A stretch of 64,000 nucleotides of DNA from Eledone cirrhosa (GCA_964016885.1 OZ024745.1:4092001-4156000); one strand, 5' to 3'. Numbered from the stretch's first letter, positions 10,841 to 23,748 are shown. Numbers and translations: made by a program. The notes: generated from the letters alone by a model not told the origin.

Positions 10841-10889
10841 AGCATTGCTGATGATGGATAAAAATCCTGAAATACATATCTACAGTGCT
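10841..10889 (+). ncRNA. Degenerate type I hammerhead ribozyme motif
   Basis: AGCAUUG-CUGAUGA-uGGAUaaaaAUCCu-GAAA-uacauauc-UA-CAGUGCU; 7-bp stem I and 4-bp stem II, stem III decayed. Confidence 0.6.
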
Positions 10890-11209
10890 CTTCCAAGGGT
10901 ACTAGAAGTAGCTGTGATATGACCACAACTTAAAATATTCACATGGCGACTATGTATATTGTACATGGCTCTATATATGCCTTGTGAACCCTACTGTGTT
11001 AGTGTTATTGCTAACACAATATCATCAGAACTTCAGTATTTCCATGTTGAAGTGAAACAGCACGTGGGAGCCCATTTGCATACAATAGTGAGAGATGGGG
11101 AGAGAGATGGAAGCAGTGAGTGAAAATAAAATGCACCAACTTTCTATTACAAATGTTTTATGTGTCTGTCATCTTTAGTTGTGCCTCAAGAATGCTCAAA
11201 ATGGAATTC

Positions 11210-11720
11210 TTCTTCTATACATCTGTTACCAGTGCTATGACAAAGTACCTCCTCCAGTTCACCCTCTCCAACATTGCCAGCTGAATTTCCCATGCCTCCA
11301 ACCCAGTGTCTTCAAGAACATCCTTCAGTGTTGTAGTTGGTCTCCCTACTCATCTGCCCACATCAGGTTTCCAGGAAAGAACTCTGCCAGCAGGTTCATT
11401 GTGATGTTTCACATGCCCGGCTAATGTCAGCCTCCTACGCCTTATGATGTCAGAAAGGCGAAGGTGTGAGCTGTACTGTATTTATTCACTACATTCGTTC
11501 TCCAAGATATGTTCTGGACCTTTCTCAGCATTTGGGTGAATGTGCCATCAATCCTCTTTGTGGGTGTTTTTGTCAGTGTCTGTGACTCGCATCCCTAGAG
11601 GAGAAGGGACTCAACTGTTGCTTTAAATAGCCTCATTTTTGTGGTTTTTCTTGATTGGAGACACCCACACTTTTGATAGGGAGTTGAGAGCTACCCCATA
11701 CCTTGCCCAACATGGTGTCC
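11210..11720 (-). mobile_element. Degenerate LINE (RTE-like, second family), 3' fragment
   Basis: Minus-strand translation KMRLFKATVESLLL*GCESQTLT...MLRKVQNISW...IIRRRRLTLAGHV...GRP with stops. Confidence 0.75.
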
Positions 11721-12339
11721 ATGTCATGCTCAGTAATTATAAAACTACCAAGATGGAATTAAAACCTGTATAATTGTTCTATACTGCTTGTATTATATTT
11801 AGAGTAGTGAGAACAAAACTATCAGCAATTTAATAGAACTATTTTTACATCCCAAGACATTTGGTTGAGCTATAGAAAAATGTACTTTACTGAAAAATTA
11901 TTGAGCATGAAAAACCTAATGATCATTATAATTAGATTAATTTGGAGCCAGAGTAGTCTTTCTTTCTTTGTTTTAGATTTTTTTAAAAATTCAATTGAAA
12001 ATATGGTTTACCATTTAATCAGTGTGATCGATTTTAATGCTGAGATCAATGATAACAGTCTGAAGGTTTAAGTTTATTGTCAGTGTAGTTGTGTGTCTGT
12101 ATGTCAAAATATACTTCTTATGTGTACAGTTCCAAGACAAGAAAAGTACATCAAAATTATTTGCTAAATATTCAGTGTTAAGGTTAAAGATAAACTGAAT
12201 TTAAATTAAACTATAAAAATAACTAAATATTTGCAGCATTTTGGAATCAAAATAAAGACATTTTATTTCCTTATAAAACTGGTAGTAAAGTAGTATTAAG
12301 TATGGACGAACATGAAACAGTGTGGTAACTTAGACTTGA

Positions 12340-12813
12340 TTAACCCTTTAGCATTTAAACCAGCTGTATCCAGCCAGGATGCTCTCACCTCTTTCAGTTC
12401 AAACTGGCCGTAGCCAGTCACTCATACTGATGTTAAGGTATTCTTCTCAAAATAAATATCAAAATCTAATAGATTTGATATTATGTGAGATAAAACCTTT
12501 ACAGGGGAAATGCAATAGTAAATATAGAGTAATGTAAATGATAAAGAATTAACACAAAACACATGTTCATTTGTACTACTGTTAAAAGTTGATATCATTA
12601 ATCCTTTAGCATTCAAACCAGCTGTATTCGGCCAGAATTCTCTCAACTCTTTCTGTTCAACCCAGCCGTAACCAGCTGCTCATACTTGTGTTAAGGTATT
12701 GTTCTCAAAATAAATAACATCAAAATCTAATAGATTCGATATTATGTGAGGTAAAGCCTTTACCATGGAAATACAATAGTATATATAGAGTAATGTAAAT
12801 GATAAAGGGTTAA
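12340..12813. mobile_element. Two tandem TTAA-flanked MITEs (piggyBac-type), 12340-12552 and 12598-12813
   Basis: TTAA-CCCTTTAGCATT ... AATGATAAAGGG-TTAA termini; the two copies of about 210 bp are highly similar. Confidence 0.7.
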
Positions 12814-13901
12814 AAGAAAATAAGTTATCATATCTTACAATACTGTATTATTGTAGTAATATTGATGCCTCTTAAAGGTCAGTTGTTAATTCAAGTGTTT
12901 ATAGTATTTTTACTAGTGACACATCACTGAAAATTTGCAGTATTTGAGTAAATACTTTAATTTTTAATGTGATGCAGTCATAGTACTGTTTTCTACATTT
13001 CAAAATTATTTTGCTAATGTGGTTTCATATGGTACAGGAGGTTAAGAGTTAATTAGATGGGTTATTAGTTTTCAGTCTATTACAGGTAATTTTCATTGGT
13101 GAAGTGGTACCTCTACTTGACAGGTAAACTAATAGAATCAACAAAATTACTGCAGCTAATTTAAACTCCTCACTACTGAGCAGGAAATACAATATATACT
13201 TGGCTATCCTACTTCAACTTACTACATTGTTAATAACAAACTATATGGTTGTTTAACCCTTCCCTTATATTTCTAATGGCATTGTATATGCTTTGCAAAT
13301 AATTTTGAAAATAATCAAGAATTTGGATGCAATAGAGTATCCACATACCTTGTCTCACTGGTCAGAGACTCTGACTAACAGGAAACCCAGAGGGAGTCCA
13401 TGAGCAAGGTGGTTGAATAACATAAGTTTGATTGGTCTTGTTTAGGGATCTAACTGAATTATTTAGAGAGGGTTGTTTCTGTTAGGCCCCTCTGGAAGGT
13501 AGGAGTCTTGTATTCTCAATTGCTTCATGCCACACAAACAGATAATCTCTGACCTGATGAGCCTCGGGCTTCAGACAGACTTTAGACTTTTATCTTGGGT
13601 TAATGTTAACCCTCTTGTATAAGAATAAAGTGGACTGATATATTATGGTTCAATGAGAATGGCTTATAGTTGTCTTTTTGCAATGTGTTCATCTCAAGTT
13701 TATGCCAAAAAATAGCCTATACTTTAAAAAAACTTATTGTATAATTAAGTTGCATTGTTACTAGAAATAAAGATTGTTCCAGAAAGTAACTATAAGAATA
13801 AGAAGACATTAATAAATTGTTTGAAGTTGATAGACTGAGTGACAAGATCCTCATAATAATTTCCTCTTTTTATTTATTCCTCCCATACATGAAATGGAAT
13901 T

Positions 13902-13950
<49 letters not shown>

Positions 13951-13956
<6 letters not shown>

Positions 13957-14712
13957 CATCATCATCTTCATTTAACGTCCATCTTCCACGCTAGCATGGG
14001 TTAAACAGGAGTTGTCCCACTTGAGTCAAGGTTGGTCGGGTGACATTGTCTCGCTCATATAGGACTATCTGGCTGGATGCCCTTCCTAACACCAACCACA
14101 TTTACAGTGTAGAACTGGGAACTTTTTACTGTGTTACCTACACAGCCACATTACAGCGTGGACTGTGTTTTTTTTTGTCGTGACGCCTACACGATCTTAA
14201 TCTCATTATCTCATTTATTTGGACTGGATGTTGTGGTACCAACTTTACAGAGAGAGAGTGGTGTTGGTGGGAGTGGGAGGATAGGGTATTGGATTGGGGT
14301 GTATATTTGGTTAAGAAGTGCCTACTGACTGTAGGTTTCGCTTTGTACATAGTCAAGGTGGGTCTTCTGTATTACTGCGTAGTGCCAAAGATCTCGGTCC
14401 AGTGACATTGTCTTAGAGAGGTGCAAGTGTGTAAGGTCGGAATTTATTAGATCGTCCCAGGTTTTTCTGGGTCTGCCTACTCCGTAACTATCATCTATTT
14501 TGATCACTCTGCACTTTTTTATACAGCTGTCGTCTTTCATGCGCATCACGTGACCATACCAACATAGTCTTCTCTCAAGTAAACAGCATCTGATCCCTCT
14601 TATTACTAATTTCTGACTTAGTTCATTTATGCTTTGCCGTTCACGTATATTACTATTACACATCCAACGGAGCATGCATGCTTCGTTCCTTTCCAGTCTG
14701 CGCAGGTCCTTC
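13951..14712 (-). mobile_element. RTE LINE, 5'-truncated older copy C
   Basis: DLRRLERNEACMLRWMC...GRPRKTW matches copies A and B; (CAT)n tail abuts (TA)n. Confidence 0.92.
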
Positions 14713-14942
14713 ATTTAGTGGTTTCTGAGTAAGTTACAAGATCAATGTGAATGAAGTTTATTGATGTGCCATTACTTTTCTTGATCAATGGCTATAATGT
14801 TTTCCTATCTTAGGGCTCTATAGTTTCACAAAACATGGTTCAATATCTGTCAGGCTATCAAATCAAAATGGATTAGTTGTGTATCAATTGTTTGATGCAT
14901 AGTTGAAACTCTGCTGTTAGCCAAAAATCTATTTATATCAAA

Positions 14943-17478
14943 AACAGCTACCATCTTCAGACTCTCGTTCCTAGACAACAGTTACCATCTTCTTCAGACT
15001 CTCATTCCAAGACAACAGCTACCATCTTCTTCAGACTCTCGTTCCTAGACAACAGCTACCATCTTCTTCAGACTCTCGTTCCAAGACAACAGCTACCATC
15101 TTCTTCAGACTCTCATTCCTAGACAACAGCTACCATCTTATTCAGACTCTCGTTCCTAGACAACAGCTACCATCTTCTTCAGACTCTCATTCCTAGACAA
15201 CAGCTACCATCTTCTTCAGACTCTCGTTCCAAGACAACAGCTACCATCTTCTTCAGACTCTCATTCCTAGACAACAGCTACCATCTTCTTCAGACTCTCG
15301 TTCCTAGACAACAGCTACCATCTTCTTCAGACTCTCATTCCTAGACAACAGCTACCATCTTCTTCAGACTCTCGTTCCAAGACAACAGCTACCATCTTCT
15401 TCAGACTCTCGTTCCTAGACAACAGCTACCATCTTCTTCAGACTCTCGTTCCTAGACAACAGCTACCATCTTCTTCAGACTCTCTTTCCTAGACAACAGC
15501 TACCATCTTCTTCAGACTCTCATTCCTAGACAACAGCTACCATCTTCTTCAGACTCTCGTTCCTAGACAACAGTTACCATCTTCTTCAGACTCTCGTTCC
15601 TAGACAACAGTTACCATCTTCTTCAGACTCTCATTCCTAGACAACAGCTACAATCTTCTTCAGACTCTCGTTCCAAGACAACAGCTACCATCTTATTCAG
15701 ACTCTTGTTCCTAGACAACAGCTACCATCTTCTTCAGACTCTCGTTCCTAGACAACAGTTACCATCTTCTTCAGACTCTCATTCCTAGACAACAGCTACA
15801 ATCTTCTTCAGACTCTTGTTCCTAGACAACAGCTACCATCTTCTTCAGACTCTCGTTCCTAGACAACAGCTACAATCTTCTTCAGACTCTTGTTCCTAGA
15901 CAACAGCTACCATCTTATTCAGACTCTTGTTCCTAGACAACAGCTACCATCTTCTTCAGACTCTCATTCCTAGACAACAGCTACCATCTTCTTCAGACTC
16001 TCGTTCCTAGACAACAGTTACCATCTTCTTCAGACTCTCGTTCCTAGACAACAGCTACCATCTTCTTCAGACTCTCTTTCCTAGACAACAGCTACCATCT
16101 TATTCAGACTCTCGTTCCTAGACAACAGCTACCATCTTCTTCAGACTCTCTTTCCTAGACAACAGCTACCATCTTATTCAGACTCTTGTTCCTAGACAAC
16201 AGCTACCATCTTCTTCAGACTCTCGTTCCTAGACAACAGCTACCATCTTATTCAGACTCTCATTCCTAGACAACAGCTACCATCTTCTTCAGACTCTCAT
16301 TCCTAGACAACAGCTACCAACTTCTTCAGACTCTCGTTCCTAGACAACAGTTACCATCTTCTTCAGACTCTCGTTCCTAGACAACAGTTACCATCTTCTT
16401 CAGACTCTCATTCCTAGACAACAGCTACAATCTTCTTCAGACTCTCGTTCCAAGACAACAGCTACCATCTTATTCAGACTCTTGTTCCTAGACAACAGCT
16501 ACCATCTTCTTCAGACTCTCGTTCCTAGACAACAGCTACCATCTTATTCAGACTCTTGTTCCTAGACAACAGCTACCATCTTCTTCAGACTCTCGTTCCT
16601 AGACAACAGCTACCATCTTCTTCAGACTCTCATTCCTAGACAACAGCTACCATCTTCTTCAGACTCTCATTCCTAGACAACAGCTACCATCTTCTTCAGA
16701 CTCTCATTCCTAGACAACAGCTACCATCTTATTCAGACTCTCGTTCCAAGACAACAGCTACCATCTTCTTCAGACTCTCATTCCTAGACAACAGCTACCA
16801 TCTTCTTCAGACTCTCATTCCTAGACAACAGCTACCATCTTATTCAGACTCTCGTTCCAAGACAACAGCTACCATCTTCTTCAGACTCTCATTCCTAGAC
16901 AACAGCTACCATCTTCTTCAGACTCTCATTCCTAGACAACAGCTACCATCTTCTTCAGACTCTTGTTCCAAGACAACAGCTACCACCTTCTTCAGACTCT
17001 CATTCCTAGACAACAGCTACCATCTTCTTCAGACTCTCATTCCTAGACAACAGCTACCATCTTCTTCAGACTCTCATTCCAAGACAACAGCTACCATCTT
17101 CTTCAGACTCTCATTCCTAGACAACAGCTACCATCTTCTTCAGACTCTCATTCCTAGACAACAGCTACCATCTTCTTCAGACTCTCGTTCCAAGACAACA
17201 GCTACCATCTTCTTCAGACTCTCATTCCTAGACAACAGCTACCATCTTCTTCAGACTCTCATTCCTAGACAACAGCTACCATCTTCTTCAGACTCTCGTT
17301 CCAAGACAACAGCTACCATCTTCTTCAGACTCTCATTCCTAGACAACAGCTACCATCTTCAGACTCTCATTCCTAGACAACAGCTACCATCTTCTTCAGA
17401 CTCTCATTCCTAGACAACAGCTACCATCTTCAGACTCTCATTCCTAGACAACAGCTACCGTCTTCTCGTTCCTAGACA
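14943..17478. repeat. Minisatellite, 37-bp unit, about 68 copies
   Basis: Unit GACAACAGCTACCATCTTCTTCAGACTCTC(G/A)TTCCTA, with a few recurrent variants. Confidence 0.97.
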
Positions 17479-17694
17479 GCAGATGTACTTGTTTCTTTTT
17501 CATTTTACAATTCAGTTTGATTTTTATTTGATTGGAAACTTTCAATCATAGACAATATGCAATTCTTGGTTTACTCTTTTATTTTTTTATTTCTGGAATG
17601 GTTTCTTAACATGTGGTTGTCATCCCTCTTCCACTGGAATGGTTTCTGCACTTGCATCCTGATTATGCAGGATACTTTAAACATCGTCGACCAG

Positions 17695-17905
17695 GATAGT
17701 AGAATGGCAGAATTTGTAGAGCATTGGATAAATTGCCATTGCAATATTCTTTCTGACTATTCTCATTCTGTGTTTAAATCTCATCAAGGTCAACTTTCCC
17801 TTTCATTCTTCTGGGTTCAATAAAGTACCAGTTAAGTACTAGGGTTGACTTTTTTTAAACTTTGCTCTTCTCCTAAATGTGCTGGTCTTGAGCCTAAATT
17901 AAGAA
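17695..17905 (+). mobile_element. SINE S1, diverged copy
   Basis: aatggcagaatt..aggtcaacttt..taaagtaccagt..gctggtcttgagcc. Confidence 0.6.
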
Positions 17906-19129
17906 CAAAACATTGTGAGCCAAAGCACATTTTGTGTAGTAAAGGCAAATAATGAAAATATATTCGTTGTTGATATAATTTGTTGGGTATTTTAATCTAT
18001 TTAGGCTAGTATAGAGTTTATATAGTTAAACATAATTGCATCCTTTATCTCATCTTTTGTTTTTAGAGTTAACCAACATAGAGCTGCCCTGTACATATTG
18101 TAAACATTAACCTTGTAACTTAGCCAAGAAACTTGATCTATATGTAGTGACTCCTCTATTTAATAAATATCATGAGATATTTATTAGTAGTTATGGCTGT
18201 CTGTGTCTGGTGTTCCAGCTAGGTTTAATTGATACTACACCATGATGTCTGTGACCAAAATCTCTGGGTCATTACTTAATTGAAGATACTGTCCTTCCAG
18301 ACAGGCTGAGGTGGGGAGGCCTGACATCACACATATATTCCAGTTTTTTTTTTTTGGCATGGCTTCTATAGTTGAATGCAACCACTTTACAACTATAAAA
18401 CAACAACAAAGAAAAACATGAGATATCTTCAGTTATCACTGCTAGAATAAATAACTGATGTTTATCTACTTGAACAGTGTATCTCACTAGAAACTAAACC
18501 TATGTCCAGCACAGTAACTCTCATCAAAATATAGGAATTAATTGTATTGGTATATTAGTGGTTCCTAGAGAGAGTGTATGATAGCTGGCATTACATTGAA
18601 GACTAGCTGGTAGCTATAGAAACCATTTAGGTGGCACAATCTCTATAAAAAAAACAACTGTGTATTTCCTGTTGGCTGCAGCTGTTTCCTCACTTTTCAA
18701 TATTTGAATATAAATGACAGCTGACCTCCTCCTATCTAACTAGCTAAATGTGACATCTGTGATGATAGAGAGAATATATCTAACAATAACCATAGTTTTC
18801 ACCTGTAGAACAAGGTGAATATTAAAACTTGTTTACACTTCCATCGATTATTTAGTAAAACTCTCTGCTTCATCTTTTATAGTGTTTACTTTGTTTGTGA
18901 TTTTTATTCCAAATATTAGTAGGTTTAATTCAGCCTTTCATCCATTTCTGGTTCAAATTAATAAGAATACCACCTCCACCTGAACAATGGGTTTTATCCC
19001 TAATTAAAAACAAAACTCATTTTCACTTCTCCCCTTTTGACTACCAATTACTACTCACGTGTTACACGTGCTCATTTAGTTATTCATCTTCAATTGTCCA
19101 AACAAACCAAACTTCTTCACCCACTTATT

Positions 19130-19475
19130 CCTGGGAGGGCTGTGGTGGACAGAGTCCTCAAATACTCCTTCCGGCGAGTCCTGTCAGAAGCAACCATCTC
19201 CAACTGATCCAATTAGACCCCCATGCTATTCAACCTTCTTGCTCGGGATCTACCCCTGGGTCTCTTGCCAGTTGGTTTTGCCCATAAAATCTGTCCAGTG
19301 ATTCTTTAATTTATATTGCACTACGAAGGGCATCCAACTGTAAAAATCCCAGCCAAAATACAGTTCCATCTGAGCAAGGTACAGCACAACCAGCTGGCGA
19401 AACATGTCTCATAACATGGACAGCCTGTCTAACCCATGCACGCATGGAAAAATAAACATTAATCAATGATGATAA
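19130..19475. mobile_element. Expander/Rex3-like RTE 3' relic (minus) joined to an S2/RTE-tail SINE fragment (plus)
   Basis: tctacccctgggtctcttgccagttggttttgcc matches 46940-46980 in reverse; gaagggcatccaactgta...aacccatgca..gatgat tail. Confidence 0.6.
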
Positions 19476-21049
19476 GTCATCATTGAGAAAGAGTATTTGT
19501 CATCTCTGTTATTCTAACAGTCTATACATGTCATCAAGTGGGGCCTCCATGTGGGCTGGGAGTCTACCAAGTTCATTTAATCATGGCATCAACACTGAAG
19601 AAGTTGTCATGTCAGTGTCATAGCTAAAGAGTCTACCTGTCCCTTTGCTTGGCAGCTTTTTTACAGTGTATTAGATGTTATGGTGTAGATCACCAACACA
19701 AAGGAAGTTGTCATATCTATGGCACAGCTGAACAGTCCTCCCAACCCTTTCTTTAGCAACTTCATACATTGATACCTTCCACCATAATTTTATTTAATAT
19801 TTTAAACATCAGCTAATGAAAAGGTCAGTTATTTCATTAAATTCTTCAAATTTTCCAAATCAATTAATAGGCAGGGTATTTTATTAAAAATATAGTTTGT
19901 TTATTTTCTATAGTTCATTTATGACAATATCAGTTTATATTTGAGTAAAAGGTAATCAGTTGACATATTCACACAATGCCAGGTAAATGGTTAATAAAAC
20001 ACACATACTAAGAAGCTGTTATAGTATAAATTTTTATAATGTGAATTTGTCAGTCTAGCAAACATCATACTATTGCGTTACTGTAATGAGAAGACGGTGA
20101 ATTTGTAGAGTTGTTAGAATGTCGGATAGAATGCTTTGCAGTATTCATTCTGGCATTCTGAGTTCAAATCCTACCAAGATCAACTTGGCCTTTCATCCTG
20201 TCAAAGTATTAGAGTTCTATACTTGAGTTGATACTTCCTCTTCTCACTTTCTTCTCCTCTGGAAGAAATTGACTGCATTCAGACCTGGAGAAGTGATGAA
20301 TTCCACCAGGAGTTATGGTTTCATTATTATTAGAAGAGATGAGTTGAACCTATATTCTTAGATCTGGAGTTCAATATTTAATATAGCTTCACTAAAATGA
20401 GAATGGTTTAGTTTGATAGCTCAATAATACATATGTCAGACAGTGTAATGTAATAATAGTAGTATTTACAATATGAGATTGTAACTGTTGCTCTATAAGT
20501 TTAACTGGCTACTAATATCTCTGAAGTGTAGAGATTGTAACTGCTGTTCTATAAGTTTAACTAACTAGCTACTTTGTAAATGTGCTCATGAAAGGGTTAA
20601 CTAACTAGCTACTTTGTAAATGAAGTCCTTCATACATATAATCCTGTACAATATTAGTTTTAACATTAGTCTAAACCCATGCTAGCGTGGAAGATAGACG
20701 TTAAACGACGATGATGATGATTGTTAGCTAATTCATTTTGTGATTATTTGCTACTTTTTTTTTTTATCAATTACCATTTACCTTAATTATCAACTATTAA
20801 GAGAAAAAAAGAGGAATCGGTATTTCTGATGTCTCTATAATCAATTATCTAAACAGAATTATGTCTCCGAAGAATACTTCCATTATATAGAACATCTATA
20901 TAACTCACTCTCTGGTACAGATAGGTAGATATGTAACATTTGATAAAGTGATGTCTACTTCTACTAAAAGATAATGTAATGTACATTAATTACAGAGAAC
21001 CTTAACTATTGAGATGGTTAAAGTATCAAGATGAATTGCTATCTTTTGT

Positions 21050-21360
21050 CGACTTTATCAGATTATTCAGCGATGTGTTATACTAGTAACAAACGGTAAC
21101 AAGTAGTTACATATATGGAGTTACATGAAAGTTGTTGGATCAAGCTATGAAGATGTAGAAAGCTACTATAAATCTAGTGAAATAGAATGGATTGGACTAA
21201 ATATGTTGATTTGGGATAGGTTAGTAAGGCTAAAAGAAAATGAAGCTTGGATTATATGAGCAAGGTGTGGTCTCCTGACTTGTCTGGCCTCATAATATGA
21301 CAACCTTCTTAGACTTTAAGGATGATGTGTGAGAAGTTTTCCATAATTTCACTGTGTTTG
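21050..21360 (+). mobile_element. Highly decayed RTE RT relic
   Basis: atgaaagttgttggatcaagctatgaag resembles the IKLIDRVMK region of copy B; many disablements. Confidence 0.4.
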
Positions 21361-22107
21361 GTGGATGTTCATACCATTATTGTTATATATTTTAGTAATT
21401 AATACAAGGAAACACAGAAACTAATATAATCATGACAATGTCAAATTAACCAGACAGACCTGTCTTATGATTACCGACATAGACAACTGTTAAAACAGCA
21501 ATGTTTCTCATTCAAATGCTTCTGTTTGTGAATGTTGTGATGTATGAGATTTTCTTTTTGAATAGTTTTGCTATAAATAATTTTATTGCCAAAGAATCAG
21601 GTAGAATTTGAAAGGAAAACAGTGTATTAACTGCTAACTCTTATATTTTTGCCAAAATACTTGTTTATAAGAAAGAAAAATTTTATATGCTATCAGAATT
21701 ATATCATTCTATATTATAAGAAATAATTGTCATAAATATGATAGATACTGTTCTCTGGTTATACACATTCCAATCTATGACAGATATCAAAGTAGAATAG
21801 TTTCCATCAACATGCTTACTTGTAAATACTTATTTGTTTGAGCTTCATGATAGCTAATATATAAGGGCAGTCCCCCAGCCTGGCCTCAACTATATGGTTG
21901 GAACAGGCTAACCTGTACCCAAAACTTCTGCCAAACAAACCATACCTTCTAAATTCATCAAATCATACACAGTTCACCCATTCTCCTACATGGCTTATGC
22001 AACCGGACCTTATGAGGAAGACAGATGTTATCAAGTTACAACTGCCATATTATGTAGTTTCCATATAATAAAGCCAATCTCTCTCTCTCTCGAGAGAGAG
22101 AGAGAGA

Positions 22108-22703
22108 TTGTTAATATTTTGAATTAATATATATATATATATATATATATAGTTTTGCGAGGTTTTTTATATGAAATCGTGTGTCGAAACAGATATTGTT
22201 ATATTTGGGGAGGGTCATATTTGCGTAATATTGCCAGAATTAATAACAGAACACACTCACTGTTTGGTTGGTTTTCGCTTCTCGCTGTCTTTTATATATA
22301 TATATCGCTTCTCGCTGTCTTTTTGTTTGAGCTTCATTTTTTTTTTGTTCAGAGACTGAACAAAAAAAAATGGCGTAGACATACAACACAACAGGAGGAA
22401 CAATGAATATAACACCACTGACGATGTTGCAGATGTGCAACGAAAGATTTATGTAAACTATATATATATGTGTTTGTCTATATTGTATCTGTATTATTTT
22501 TGACCGCCGGTCAGTCAATGGCAACATTGAGGACCGAGTAAGTTAGATCGCAGATATATATATATAAAAGACAGCGAGAAGCGAAAACCAACCAAACAGT
22601 GAGTGTGTTCTGTTATTAATTCTGGCAATATTACGCAAATATGACCCTCCCCAAATATAACAATATATATATATATATATATATTAATTCAAAATATTAA
22701 CAA
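22108..22703. repeat. Nested inverted repeat (foldback) insert in (TA)n
   Basis: 22194-22305 is the reverse complement of about 22553-22665; outer TTGTTAATATTTTGAATTAATATA is also mirrored at 22678-22703. Confidence 0.9.
22418..22455 (+). ncRNA. Degenerate hammerhead-like motif in the foldback loop
   Basis: CUGACGA-u-GUUGCAgaugUGCAAC-GAAA-gauu-UA; perfect 6-bp stem II, weak stem I. Confidence 0.4.
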
Positions 22704-22891
22704 AATAGCTATTCTTGTGATCAAGTATATTTTATTATACATATTTCAGAGGTACTGAGTTAACTTCAACAGTACGTCCTCATCAGATAAAATAAGATGA
22801 TGCATGACATACCCTGACATAGTAGATGGTTAAGATTCACTCATTCTTTGATTTATTCATTGAACCTTGTTTAACTTTTATATATATATAT

Positions 22892-23235
22892 GGAGGCACA
22901 TGGCTTAGTGGTTAGAGCATTGGCCTTGCAATCGAAAGGTTGTGAGTTCAATTCTCAGACCGGGTGATGTGTTGTTTCCTTGAGCAAGACACTTTATTTC
23001 ACATTGCTCCAGTTTACTCAGCTGTAGAAATGAGATGATAGGGACTGGGTTCCATATCATTCCACTGCAAAGTGGTCGTGGAGGTGCCACGGCAAAAAAG
23101 CACCCAGCACTCACTGTAAATGAGGTTGGTGTTAGGAAGGGCATCCAGCTGTAGAAATAAAGCCAGAATCAGTTCCCGTCCCACCCTTGCAAGCAGGGAA
23201 AAGTGGACGTAAAATGAAATGATGATGATGATGAT
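22892..23235 (+). mobile_element. Full-length tRNA-derived SINE S2 with RTE-type 3' tail
   Basis: A-box TGGCTTAGTGG 22901-22911, B-box GAGTTCAATTC 22944-22954, GGTTGGTGTTAGGAAGGGCATCCA shared with the RTE 3' UTR, (GAT)n tail. Confidence 0.85.
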
Positions 23236-23507
23236 ATATTTGTGATCTCTGGTTAGTTTTTCTATGAATGTTGTGACATATTAAAGTAAGATGAGAAATA
23301 GAAAGATATGTCCCCTCCAATTGTCTTTATTTCTCAGCACCACTTCTCTCTTTCTCCCTCTTCACATATGAACAAAGACCAACTTCCCTTACATACAAAA
23401 ATCATATTCATGATTTTTGTATGTAAGGGAAGCCTTTTAAAATATGTGATTTTGTTTGAAGCAAAAGCCAGTTTTGGATTAAAGATATTATTGAGTTTTA
23501 TTCCTGC

Positions 23508-23748
23508 TTAACTCATTACCAACCTGGTCAAAACTGCCTTTGGTTTTAGGAAATAAAACCACCAATTGTAAAAGTTTCCAATTTAAATTTATATCTTCCA
23601 GCATAATTTTATATAAGAATTAAGTTACTCTTAATTTAGTTACTATCTTAGTAGTGAAATAATTAATAATTTTAGTAAATCCCTCAAAATTCTTCATTAA
23701 ATAAATGAAATAGTGTATTTCATTAGAAATGTGGCCATGAAAGAGTTA
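23508..23748. mobile_element. TTAA-flanked MITE relic (related copies near 48864-49100 and 55433-55630)
   Basis: ttaactc...tttcattagaaatgtggccatgaaagagttaa, shared with the other copies. Confidence 0.5.

Noticed and set aside
14943-17478. CRISPR array, or tandem hammerheads (minus strand has CUGAAGA ... GGAAC-GAGA-GUC)
   Set aside because: No unique spacers and eukaryotic context; GGAA replaces GAAA and there is no room for stem I because GUC overlaps the next core
22750-22795. Hammerhead-like CUGAUGA...GAAGUUAACUC on the minus strand
   Set aside because: GAAA core incomplete and stem I does not pair
22892-22965. tRNA gene
   Set aside because: A and B boxes are present but there is no acceptor stem or terminator; continues into a SINE body
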